Below are positions 6,930 to 15,741 of a stretch of 64,000 nucleotides of DNA, one piece after another. The notes beneath the pieces were generated by a model. The model did no database searches. It was not told the DNA's origin and saw only the letters and a list, made by a program, of their open reading frames with translations. The DNA comes from an uncultured virus (IMG/VR IMGVR_UViG_3300005918_000015) (lineage: Duplodnaviria; Heunggongvirae; Uroviricota; Caudoviricetes), in the IMG/VR virus record IMGVR_UViG_3300005918_000015; one strand, written 5' to 3'. The translations under genes were made by a program, and so were the position numbers. Every line of letters begins with the position of its first letter. Position 1 is the stretch's first letter.

Positions 6930-7024
6930 GGACCATGTAAGGAATCGAACCTTACACCAATTAACCGGCCTAGAGGGCCTATTTCTACGAGTACCAGTTA
7001 AACAGACTCACCACAGAGGGGTCC
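6930..7024 (-). ncRNA. Aberrant tRNA-like RNA
   Basis: GGACC/GGUCC closing stem, T arm GUAAGG-UUCGAUU-CCUUAC, long UUAACUGG/CCGGUUAA arm in place of the anticodon arm. Confidence 0.5.
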
Positions 7025-7138
7025 ATAATTTAACAAAAACAGTGGGGGGAATTTAACCACCCCCACTGGAAGTGTTATGCCATTTTCTCTATTATTTAAT
7101 TGTCAATGAACATGGGCAACGATTACCCATTAAAACAT

Positions 7139-7174
7139 AAAAAAAGCCGGACACCCTTTTGAGGTGTCCGGCTT
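7139..7174 (-). terminator. Intrinsic terminator (attenuator) upstream of the tRNA array
   Basis: AAGCCGGACACCU-CAAAA-GGGUGUCCGGCUU, ending in a run of 7 U. Confidence 0.9.
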
Positions 7175-7198
7175 GTAGCTTAAATTGCTGTTAGGCTG

Positions 7199-7354
7199 CT
7201 ACGTCACACCGGACACCTCAATATCATTATGACCATTTTCTTCTGGACGATTTGATGGTGCTGGGGCTGATCCCACGACTACACAAATCTGTCCAACGGC
7301 CATAATCTTGGCTGCTTGTTTGACTGATTGTTTGTTGTCGTGTCTGCGTATCAT
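7199..7354 (-). CDS. Putative attenuator leader peptide (51 aa)
   Basis: GGAG RBS 6 nt before ATG 7354. Sequence MIRRHDNKQSVKQAAKIMAVGQICVVVGSAPAPSNRPEENGHNDIEVSGVT. Its last codons contain the antiterminator. Confidence 0.7.
   Translation of the reverse strand: MIRRHDNKQSVKQAAKIMAVGQICVVVGSAPAPSNRPEENGHNDIEVSGVT
7209..7221 (-). promoter_or_regulatory. Antiterminator strand
   Basis: UUGAGGUGUCCGG is perfectly complementary (13/13) to the terminator 5' arm and loop CCGGACACCUCAA (7159-7171). Confidence 0.8.
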
Positions 7355-7411
7355 CTTCTTCTCCATAGTTGCTCTAATAGGAAATTTGATTTTCCTGAGC
7401 ATTAAGTATCC

Positions 7412-7440
7412 AAAATACAAGCTCTTTAAAAGAATGTCAA
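7412..7440 (-). promoter_or_regulatory. sigma70-type promoter for the leader/tRNA array
   Basis: TTGACA-17 nt-TATTTT. Confidence 0.65.
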
Positions 7441-7494
7441 GAACTTTTTTAAGTTATTTTCAATTTAATTACCAAGACTTTTTTTATCGTCTTG

Positions 7495-7529
7495 TAGTAC
7501 AACAACCCACAAGAAATCAAAACTAAGCC
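7495..7529 (-). promoter_or_regulatory. 35-bp phage promoter-like element
   Basis: GGCTTAGTTTT-N8-GTGGGTTGTTGTACTA. Confidence 0.75.
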
Positions 7530-7549
7530 AAAAAAGTTTTATTGCCTGT

Positions 7550-8509
7550 TTACTGGCCTCCTGCCAAGTCTTGTAGGTTTTTGAAACGGCTGATGTATTC
7601 TTCTATAGGGACGATTGCTGTTTCAGCTACGTCCAAGGTCTTGGCATAATCCACAGCTTTCTGAAGTTTCTCAAGACACTCTTGGATTTGGTCGATATCG
7701 AAACGGACATCGGAAATATCCTTGGGGATACTTGTTATTGGGTTATCTGTTTCATCCAAGTCAATCAGGATATTCATTAACCAAGGCATCTCTGTAGCTA
7801 AAGCCCCTACACATTTATTTCCAGCAGCCTTGAACATCCCCATATCCACCAACCCTTTCAAGAGTTTTGGAGTGTTGAATGTGTCTCGGGCAGCCCTGAT
7901 TGTCATCACATTATATCCATCACGCCCATAAGGGATTGCATAACCACTCAAGAAATCTTTTGGACTCATTGGCAATTGGTAGAAAACACTCGTGGCTTTG
8001 GGAGTTTTTAAACTTTCTTTACCGTTTAATGCTTTCTCTTTATCCCCAACTGCCTTATTAAGGTCGTATGGAGCCTTCGTTGCCATCATATCCAATAGGA
8101 TTAGGGAACGGATCGGATAATTGTGATTGGTCATATAGTCCTTAGCCAATTCCCAATCTTTCTCAGTTGTTGGGTGATTCCCTGAAAACTGTTTATAAGC
8201 TTCAACATTACTTTGCCATCCAAGGAATGGGACAAAGGGAGAATCTACAACGTAATCTCCAGGAACTTTATTACCATCATTCAGGGAAGATTCAGAATCA
8301 TTTTTTCCAGAGGGCAAAGTCATAAAACCTGAAGGCTTATTACCTTTGAAATCTACGTACAGGAAATAATCCAAACCGTCCACATTCCCTATCATGAGAG
8401 ACATGCCAGTGGCATCTCTTAATTCAGGGTTGGAGGTATCGGATGTGAACAGGCATGTGCCTCTTACGAAATAATTTCGTTTTTGTCCTTCAATCTTAAT
8501 AAGTCTCAT
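7550..8509 (-). CDS. Hypothetical protein, translationally coupled to nadD
   Basis: 319-aa ORF with an ATGA overlap with the nadD stop. Confidence 0.8.
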   Translation of the reverse strand: MRLIKIEGQKRNYFVRGTCLFTSDTSNPELRDATGMSLMIGNVDGLDYFLYVDFKGNKPSGFMTLPSGKNDSESSLNDGNKVPGDYVVDSPFVPFLGWQSNVEAYKQFSGNHPTTEKDWELAKDYMTNHNYPIRSLILLDMMATKAPYDLNKAVGDKEKALNGKESLKTPKATSVFYQLPMSPKDFLSGYAIPYGRDGYNVMTIRAARDTFNTPKLLKGLVDMGMFKAAGNKCVGALATEMPWLMNILIDLDETDNPITSIPKDISDVRFDIDQIQECLEKLQKAVDYAKTLDVAETAIVPIEEYISRFKNLQDLAGGQ

Positions 8510-9060
8510 AAGTATAGTCCTTTCTCGACTATGTAATCAAACACATTTTTTGGAATCATCTTCTCTACATAAGGCATATTAGTTTCGTGAGCTGCAATCA
8601 GCTCACGAATCCTGGTGGAACTGATATTAGGCATCTCCCATACCCAAATTGAATCAGAAGACCTTTCTCGTGGAACGACATGTAATCCTATCAGGTTCTC
8701 AAGGATGTTCCAATCTTTCCATCGGTGTTGCTCTAACACATTATCTGAACCTATAATGAAAGTGAAATCATTATCAGGATAGTCCCGTTGCAGGTTCGTT
8801 ACTAAGTGAATGGAGTATTTGGTCTGGTACATCTTCTCATAATGACGAACAATCACATTTGGCCATTGAGAGAAAGCTAACCGGCACATTTCCATCCGAG
8901 TCTCGAAAGGCAACAAGCTGTCATTCTTATCAAAAGCATGTTCCCAACATGGGAGCACCCAAACTTCATCAAATTTCCCAGAAGCTAATGCATCCGTAAC
9001 CATGAAAAGATGGGCTTTGTGTGGTGGGTTAAAACCACCACCGAGAATAGCAACTCTCAT
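8506..9060 (-). CDS. nadD: Nicotinate-mononucleotide adenylyltransferase
   Basis: GGGFNPPHKAH (HxGH-like), FIIGSDN, ISSTRIRE motifs. Confidence 0.92.
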   Translation of the reverse strand: MRVAILGGGFNPPHKAHLFMVTDALASGKFDEVWVLPCWEHAFDKNDSLLPFETRMEMCRLAFSQWPNVIVRHYEKMYQTKYSIHLVTNLQRDYPDNDFTFIIGSDNVLEQHRWKDWNILENLIGLHVVPRERSSDSIWVWEMPNISSTRIRELIAAHETNMPYVEKMIPKNVFDYIVEKGLYL

Positions 9061-9788
9061 TACTTCACCTCAAAATCAATCCCCTGCTCAAGCAGGGCTT
9101 CGTAGTTGGTTTTATCAAAACGATACTTGAGGGCTGGTCTGCCCCCACTCCGCTTCTGTCCGTCAGGAGTTAACACACCCAACTTCATTACTTTAGCTCG
9201 GAAATTCCGTTTATCAAGTTTCTGGCCGAGAATGGCCTCATAGACCTCCTGAAGCTCTGTAAGAGTAAAAGCCTCTGGTAGGACGTTAATACCTATCGGT
9301 TGCCACCTGACCTTAGATCTGAGCCTCTGAAGGCCCCTCTTAATGATCTTATTGTGGTCGAAAGCCAAGCTGGGTAATCCTGAGATAGGAAACCACTTAG
9401 CTTTGGCTGCATCGTCTCCAGCTTCGACGGTTACGTCAGCAGCACGGACGAGTGCCAGATAAGATGTGGAGATTACTCTGCCACGAGGATCTCGTCCAGG
9501 GTCTCCAAAGGTATAGAGCTGTTCCATCCAAGCCAGCTTCACGCTGGTTTCTTCTTCCAGTTCCCGAAGGACAGCTTGATCGATGGTTTCGTCTTCTTCA
9601 AGATAACCCCCGGGCAATGCCCACTGGCCTTTGAAAGGGTCGTCTTTTCGTTCAATCAGGAGAACATGGAGTTCATTCCTGTCTATGAACATCTTATCAG
9701 GCCCAATGCCGAACACCACTGCATCTACAGTATTGTCGGCCATTGGGTAATCGTATGTATATGATTGTTTTTTATTTCTCGACTTCAA
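9060..9788 (-). CDS. nrtR: NrtR-family Nudix + winged-HTH transcriptional regulator
   Basis: WALPGG..E..RELEEET Nudix box, QLYTFGDPGRDPRGR, LAFDH, C-terminal FTLTELQEVYEAIL..DKRNFR..GRPA. Confidence 0.92.
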   Translation of the reverse strand: MKSRNKKQSYTYDYPMADNTVDAVVFGIGPDKMFIDRNELHVLLIERKDDPFKGQWALPGGYLEEDETIDQAVLRELEEETSVKLAWMEQLYTFGDPGRDPRGRVISTSYLALVRAADVTVEAGDDAAKAKWFPISGLPSLAFDHNKIIKRGLQRLRSKVRWQPIGINVLPEAFTLTELQEVYEAILGQKLDKRNFRAKVMKLGVLTPDGQKRSGGRPALKYRFDKTNYEALLEQGIDFEVK

Positions 9789-9966
9789 CGGTTGGCCATC
9801 CTTTCAGAATTTTTCTAATCCCTAAAAAAGCCACTTTGTAAGCAGCATAATGTCCTTCAAGGTATTTTAAGCTATGATCGGAATCAATACATGCTTCGTT
9901 TTTTTCTTCAAGGAGCTTGGCCAAGGCCTGTAACTCCGTATGTGCCGTTTCTATTTTTGTTGACAT
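9772..9966 (-). CDS. Hypothetical protein
   Basis: GGAGG RBS before ATG 9966; fills the gap in the operon. Confidence 0.6.
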   Translation of the reverse strand: MSTKIETAHTELQALAKLLEEKNEACIDSDHSLKYLEGHYAAYKVAFLGIRKILKGWPTVEVEK

Positions 9967-9979
9967 CCCTACAACCCTC

Positions 9980-10906
9980 CTATTTAACAGGTACTTTAAT
10001 GATGTTTCCGTCAGCGTCACGTTTGATAGCAACGTACACCAAATTAGCAGCCGTCACATATTTCTCATCGTCTTCACGTCCTGGTCGTGAAGCTGTAACT
10101 TCTACCCGAACAGTGATGGAGGTTTTACCAATTTTGACCAGTGATGTCCAAAAACTGATTGCATCACCGATCTTCAAAGGCTTCTTAAACTCAATACCGT
10201 CCATTGCAATGGTAGCCACATCGTGGTTTGTGTGACGTTGAGCTTCCATAGCTCCTGCCAGATCAATCTCAGCCAGAACAGCCCCGCCAAAGACTTCTCC
10301 ACGGTGGTTAGTATCTCTTGGGAGCAGCATTCTACGAACTGCTAAATAACGGTCGATCTTGGAGTTAATGACAATTTTAGCAGTCTCCAATTCTTCATCG
10401 GTAAACATCACCAATGAAATTTCTTCAATGTGGTCCCATTTCCGGGAAGTGGCTGCTTTGTAAGCTATGTTGACACCCAGTTCCAGAGGACAACCATACA
10501 CACCACAAGAGATGGCAGGGAAAGCAATCGTTTTGCATTGGGTTGCATCGGCCAATTTAAGACTATTCAAGTAGGCTTCATACAAAAGTTTTTCTTTATC
10601 GGTACCATCCGGCAGAGTGATAGCATTATCAATTTCGATGTCTGCAAACAAAGGACCCACGGTATGAATGACGTAACGTGCAGGAAGATTGTACCCTGCT
10701 GTCAGAAAAGCCTCACCTGTATAACAACGGACACCAGGTTCTTTTTCAGGAAGTTGCTCACAAGCAAACTTGAGAGCCGAGCCAGCACCACGATGGATTG
10801 CACCATCTACACCACCACCCCCTAATAGGGAAGGACGGCCAGCATTAACGATGGCATCAACGATCATTTTGGTAATATCATCTTGAATAACAAGTATTTT
10901 GGTCAT
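9980..10906 (-). CDS. Macrodomain (YmdB/MacroD-type) fused to HotDog acyl-CoA thioesterase
   Basis: N-terminal DAIVNA..LLGGGGVDGAIH, HTVGP, AFPAISCGVYG; C-terminal LPRDTNHRGEVFGG..EIDLAG, GKTSITVRVEV. Confidence 0.88.
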   Translation of the reverse strand: MTKILVIQDDITKMIVDAIVNAGRPSLLGGGGVDGAIHRGAGSALKFACEQLPEKEPGVRCYTGEAFLTAGYNLPARYVIHTVGPLFADIEIDNAITLPDGTDKEKLLYEAYLNSLKLADATQCKTIAFPAISCGVYGCPLELGVNIAYKAATSRKWDHIEEISLVMFTDEELETAKIVINSKIDRYLAVRRMLLPRDTNHRGEVFGGAVLAEIDLAGAMEAQRHTNHDVATIAMDGIEFKKPLKIGDAISFWTSLVKIGKTSITVRVEVTASRPGREDDEKYVTAANLVYVAIKRDADGNIIKVPVK

Positions 10907-11125
10907 GATTTTTTTCCTTCAGTTTTTAGTGTATACGTTTGCAATGATGAGGCCATACTTCTCTGCCATGATGAGGCCATACTTCATCCGTTTTCAATTC
11001 ATGATCTGTAACCTCTAGTTTAGGGGCTAAGAGGACACGCCCCCAGAACTCCTTTACATTAATAGGTTCAGGAGGGTCTACGTGCGTGAAAGGATGAATT
11101 ACATCAATGATAATCAAATCTTTTT

Positions 11126-11449
11126 TCATGATTTTTCCTTTTTTCCTATGTGTTCGTGAAGGCCTCCGGCAATATCACCTTTGACATCACAGTCTGTGTT
11201 GGCAGGATACCAGTTTTCCCCTCTTTCCTCATGGAATTCCTTGTCGGATTCATGAGGGTTAGGAGCTACAATAAATCCAGGCAGTGAAGTCCCACCATCA
11301 AGACAGGTAAGAATACTGAAGGCCAGACCTTCCATCCGTTCTCGAGTGGTTTTGTCAGGAAGATCATGCCAGTATTCGGTCATCATACGAACGTGGTCAA
11401 GGAACATTTCCCTGACCTCGTCCGTGGTGTATTCTCGTGAATCAGACAT
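11126..11449 (-). CDS. Hypothetical protein
   Basis: AAGGA RBS; co-oriented, operon-like packing. Confidence 0.7.
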   Translation of the reverse strand: MSDSREYTTDEVREMFLDHVRMMTEYWHDLPDKTTRERMEGLAFSILTCLDGGTSLPGFIVAPNPHESDKEFHEERGENWYPANTDCDVKGDIAGGLHEHIGKKEKS

Positions 11450-11650
11450 GTTAATTTCCTTGGTAAAATTGTATAAGGCTGATATAATGTGTAATGGTAA
11501 CGGCAAGTGCTAAAACCATAGTAATAACAACATTGAATTTTTCTATAGATTTCTTTTTGGATAATTCAAATGTCCCAGAAAAAACAAAAACCAGAACCCC
11601 AAAAAACATCATAAACCAGTGGAAATACTCATGATTTATATAATCCGGCA

Positions 11651-12055
11651 TTAGTTAGCTCCTTTCTGACCAAGCTGCATCAGAACCATGCTGTTAGGGA
11701 TTTTGTAGCTTTTACCGGTTACACAATCCACAACTGAGATTGGGTACTTAGGACGACGAGTGTTGATTCCAGTGATTTTAGCCATGTTGCCGTTGTTGAG
11801 GCGGATTTCTTTGTTGTAGTCATCTTCGGTCATGTTATACAAAGGAGCAAGACGTTTGAAATCAGCAGGGATACCATCTTCGGTAACAATACAGAATTTC
11901 AGTTTAGGGCTGTAACTGGCAGCGGGGTCATACTTGCCACCGTTGATGCTCATAGTCAAGCCGTGTTTCTCTACAACCTCAGCTAAAGCAGCTTTGATCT
12001 CAGAGTCCAGTGTTGTCATAAATGCTTTTGTTACCTTGGTAATTTTCTGTGCCAT
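11651..12055 (-). CDS. Hypothetical phage protein
   Basis: AGGAG RBS; first gene after the promoter-like element at 12101-12135. Confidence 0.8.
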   Translation of the reverse strand: MAQKITKVTKAFMTTLDSEIKAALAEVVEKHGLTMSINGGKYDPAASYSPKLKFCIVTEDGIPADFKRLAPLYNMTEDDYNKEIRLNNGNMAKITGINTRRPKYPISVVDCVTGKSYKIPNSMVLMQLGQKGAN

Positions 12056-12100
12056 TGTTCATCTCCTTGGGTTAAGTTTTCAGTGTCGTTTTATCTTCTA

Positions 12101-12135
12101 CACTTCAACAACCCACGAGAATCCAAAACTAAGCC
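12101..12135 (-). promoter_or_regulatory. 35-bp phage promoter-like element
   Basis: GGCTTAGTTTT-N8-GTGGGTTGTTGAAGTG. Confidence 0.75.
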
Positions 12136-12136
12136 A

Positions 12137-12430
12137 TTATTTTTTCTTTTTAGCAGATTGTGCTGCTTCGATGAATCGGCCAAGGAATTTACTGTAGTAT
12201 GTTTCAGCAGTTTCAACGGCAGCTTTCTGTGTTTTAGCTGTGAAATCCTCAGCCCAAACAGCATCCTCTGGGTCAATGATATCATTTTCATCTTTAATCA
12301 TGAAGAACACTTGATATTTTTTCTTGTCGTAGTCAACAGTAAGTTCATCTCCTGGAGCATGAACTAATGCAGCTCCAAAAAAACCATCATCCGAGTACCA
12401 CAAGCCTTTTGATTTCTTCTTAAATTTCAT
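12137..12430 (-). CDS. Hypothetical protein
   Basis: ATGA overlap with the upstream gene; AGGAG RBS. Confidence 0.7.
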   Translation of the reverse strand: MKFKKKSKGLWYSDDGFFGAALVHAPGDELTVDYDKKKYQVFFMIKDENDIIDPEDAVWAEDFTAKTQKAAVETAETYYSKFLGRFIEAAQSAKKKK

Positions 12431-13380
12431 TCATCTTCTCCTAACTTCAAAAGTTTTCGAACCAACTCTTTCATATCCGTTGGCCATAACCATTCTGGTC
12501 GAGGGTACTGAGTATCTGGTGAACCGTACTGAGGTTCACAGTTCAATACGGTATCCTGCCATTTCTTAGGGATTGCTTCGATTCCATAGTAAGCTCCAAG
12601 GAGAGCCCCGACAATAGCACCGTTTGTATCGGTATCCCCACCACGTTGAATAGTGTCTACCAGACCTTCCTCAAAATTCTCAGCATGAAGCAACTGCCAG
12701 AAAGCATTCTGGAGAGCAATCAAGACCCAGCCCATCTGGTGAAAATACTCATCAGGAGGATTCTGTTTAGCATTTGTAAGAGCTTCAATAACAGAAGGAG
12801 AAATTCCCCGTTTCTTGGCCAGTCGTAGAATAAACTCATATATTTCCAAGGGGCTTTCGTCCCTTACCAAGCAGGTATAAAGTGCAAACACGAAAACACT
12901 GTTTGCATCGACACACACCTGATTGACATGAGTGATTCTACAATCGTGTGCAGCCCAACCCATAAATTTATTAGGGAAAGCCAGACCCAGAATGCCTAAC
13001 GGGGCAGCCCGCATCATGGCTCCATTAGCTTGGCTGCCTTTGTCAAATCTGTTGGACAGAGATTTGTTGATGGTCCCACCAATACCGAAAGGCATCGTGT
13101 TTCTCCACTCTATGTAAGCCCTCTTAACTTCGTTCGTTTTATACCTGCCGTTTTTCAGGACCGATCGAATCATAGCCAGAGCCATCTCAGAATCATCCGT
13201 AATCTGTCCAGGAGCTAATTTCCATACTCCAGGGTCACCAAACTCACGAACACCTTTAGGATACCTCCATTGGATGTCAGCAGGGTTCTCAAATTCCACG
13301 ATAGCTCCGAGAGCGTCTCCAACACACATTCCAATGAGACAGCCATCAGTTTTGTTAAGTTGTTTTTTTGTCGGTTTCAT
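12427..13380 (-). CDS. ADP-ribosylglycohydrolase (DraG/ARH family)
   Basis: GDALG..EF, TDDSE, ANGAMMR, ITH, GGDTDTNGAIVGALLGA motifs. Confidence 0.93.
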   Translation of the reverse strand: MKPTKKQLNKTDGCLIGMCVGDALGAIVEFENPADIQWRYPKGVREFGDPGVWKLAPGQITDDSEMALAMIRSVLKNGRYKTNEVKRAYIEWRNTMPFGIGGTINKSLSNRFDKGSQANGAMMRAAPLGILGLAFPNKFMGWAAHDCRITHVNQVCVDANSVFVFALYTCLVRDESPLEIYEFILRLAKKRGISPSVIEALTNAKQNPPDEYFHQMGWVLIALQNAFWQLLHAENFEEGLVDTIQRGGDTDTNGAIVGALLGAYYGIEAIPKKWQDTVLNCEPQYGSPDTQYPRPEWLWPTDMKELVRKLLKLGEDE

Positions 13381-14016
13381 CTGGTCTTTCTCCTAAATGT
13401 TTTCTTATATCTTTTGCATAAGTTTCTGCAAGCTCTCCAATTGTCAAAGCACCATGCATCAGATGCATGTCCATAAGTAGAGGACCTATTGACGGGACAC
13501 CGATATTATCAACTATCATCTCATAGTGCATAGTGATTTGAATATCCTTGTCAGGAAACATCTCCTTTAAAACACTCTGGACTTTTTCAGAAACACTCTG
13601 GGGTTTTTTCTCATCACTCATTTCATTACCTTTAGCCACCGACTTGGGAATTCTAATTCTCTCCAATAGGTTATTGTTGCCGTGTGTAACTCATCTAGGT
13701 CATAGGAATGGTCGCAGGAAATAGACCACGAATGGCTTCCCCATTCGGCCACAGCCTGGTATCTCTCCCCGTCCTTTTCGTAACATATCAGGACGGGAGT
13801 TCCCGTCTTGGGCATTTTCTTGGAAACCTCGATCCATTTTTTCATTTCATCCTCTTTCAATAATGTGCTGTCCAAGTTTTTTAAGGGTTTCCGATGCCTT
13901 CATAAAATCTTCTTTAGACATCTTATGCCCAGTTACTATGTCGTGTACCCCATCAAATTTCTTTAGGTTAACAGTTGGGCAACTTACTATCTCAAACTTA
14001 GGGACTTTAACTCTCT

Positions 14017-15741
14017 TCATTTCATCCTCACTTTGTACATTTTATTACCCTTGGACACAACGACAGCACCGGCATGTTTGCCGAGCTTCATATCACCACC
14101 GACCACAGGGTCATCAATAATTTTAATTGAGGATGCATTCTTCCGGCTACTGAAAGCCTCCATCTTCTCATCCTCAGTAATGGACACACAAACCCCAGAG
14201 TCCAACGTCACGAAGTTCAAGCCTGTAGGCTGAATATCTTTGACTTCTCGGACATCATAAGATTGGTCAGTCAAATCAAATCTGAAAACCAACCTGTTAT
14301 ACTTACCCTTAATTTGGCCGACGACCATCAAGACACCACCTTCAAATTTGGCATCCACGATTCGATAACCGTCCAGTTCCTTGATAGGGATCTGATATGA
14401 CTTTCCAGACTCTGGGAGCAGGGACACATAAACCGAACCCAACAGGTTCTGTATGGCCACACCCGGGTATAGCCTGGTTGCATGTTCCAACACTTGAGCT
14501 GCTTCCTTGGTGGAAGGGATAATGGTGTTCCCTACCTCAGTAAAGATAACTTCATGTATTCGATCAGCAGTACGGATATACATTCGACCATTTGTGTATG
14601 ACACTTCTTTAGTGGTCAGACCAAAAGGTAGGTTCTTTTTCAAGATCATATCCGTCATTGTAATAGGTTGAGTCGAACCATTTATCTGGACAGGACGGCT
14701 GCCACGGGGAGTGAATGTTGTTCCCGTAGCTTGGGTTGGTTGTCCAGACTTAATTTTATCTACGTACATGGCTTTGGTTGTGGCCACGACCAACTTATGA
14801 CCGTCACTCCAGAAATCCTTGATATCCCCATCGTACTCACCAATTTCAGTGATATCCAAATATTGAGTACCTGACAAGGTAACAATCTTGGGTACGAAAA
14901 TCATAGCTGCCCCGATGTCCATAGGCGGAGCACATCTCCTACCATTCTCGAATATTGCTTCATACCATTCACGGTATCCCTTGGGGATAACATCAAAGGG
15001 ATAGGCAGCTTTGGGAACTCCCACGTCCTGATTGAAAACACTAATGCCTTGTTGCATCCGTTCATCAAAGGACATTTTCTTTTTCTTATACCGGCCTTTA
15101 TAAGGATGAATCCCTGTAAACATTTGAAAAGTGACAATGCCGAAGCTGTACCAATCAGAATCAGTTGTGAATTTGTTTTTCTTAACCTTCCAGTCCTTGA
15201 CTGAAGGCATAATTGCCGTGGCAGGATAAGATTTGGTTTGATAGGAATCCACATCAATGAACATCACATCATCGAATTTCTTGGGGATGAGGAAATTCAT
15301 CTCGTTCAGGTCTACAATCAAGATACCTGACTTGTGGACGTTCTCCACGCCTTCATGCATTTTCTTGACGAGCTCTTGGATAGTATTAAAGGAAATACCA
15401 TTTCTATCCCTGAAAGCACGGGGGAAAATCTGGCATAAGGACCAAGCATCTTTAACAAACTTGTAAGTGTAACCAATAGGTTTGCCACGGTCGTCTGTCA
15501 ATACTCTCTCAGGCTTAATAACCCTGGGATCAGATATCTGGGAAAGTTCCTGAATCTTGCCGAGGGGGATGACTTTCTTGGGGTCGAAGTAAACTTTGAA
15601 GGCTACCCCACCCTTCTGATAAATCCGACCTTCACCACCCTCACCAACGTAATCACGTTGAGTCAGGCTAATGGCAGCAGATTGTCCTTTGGTATAAACT
15701 TTCATTTTTTTATCCAAGCCCAACCAACGACAGGATTCCAC
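14017..15741 (-). CDS. Ser/Thr-type protein kinase with C-terminal extension (TerY-P kinase-like); real start probably at the internal MKVYTK
   Basis: GEGGEG glycine loop, AFK, VDLNEMN catalytic loop, IDVDS, SDWYSFG, GIHPYKG. Confidence 0.88.
   Translation of the reverse strand: MESCRWLGLDKKMKVYTKGQSAAISLTQRDYVGEGGEGRIYQKGGVAFKVYFDPKKVIPLGKIQELSQISDPRVIKPERVLTDDRGKPIGYTYKFVKDAWSLCQIFPRAFRDRNGISFNTIQELVKKMHEGVENVHKSGILIVDLNEMNFLIPKKFDDVMFIDVDSYQTKSYPATAIMPSVKDWKVKKNKFTTDSDWYSFGIVTFQMFTGIHPYKGRYKKKKMSFDERMQQGISVFNQDVGVPKAAYPFDVIPKGYREWYEAIFENGRRCAPPMDIGAAMIFVPKIVTLSGTQYLDITEIGEYDGDIKDFWSDGHKLVVATTKAMYVDKIKSGQPTQATGTTFTPRGSRPVQINGSTQPITMTDMILKKNLPFGLTTKEVSYTNGRMYIRTADRIHEVIFTEVGNTIIPSTKEAAQVLEHATRLYPGVAIQNLLGSVYVSLLPESGKSYQIPIKELDGYRIVDAKFEGGVLMVVGQIKGKYNRLVFRFDLTDQSYDVREVKDIQPTGLNFVTLDSGVCVSITEDEKMEAFSSRKNASSIKIIDDPVVGGDMKLGKHAGAVVVSKGNKMYKVRMK

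Noticed and set aside
3798..7056. Track ORFs 3798..4055, 5016..5219, 5279..5563, 6444..6674, 6862..7056 and the 5' part of 3521..3970
   Set aside because: They overlap tRNA genes or tRNA-like elements and are shadow frames.
10945..10986. Short duplication encoding EVWPHH twice
   Set aside because: A single in-frame micro-duplication in a tiny hypothetical gene, with no sign of function.
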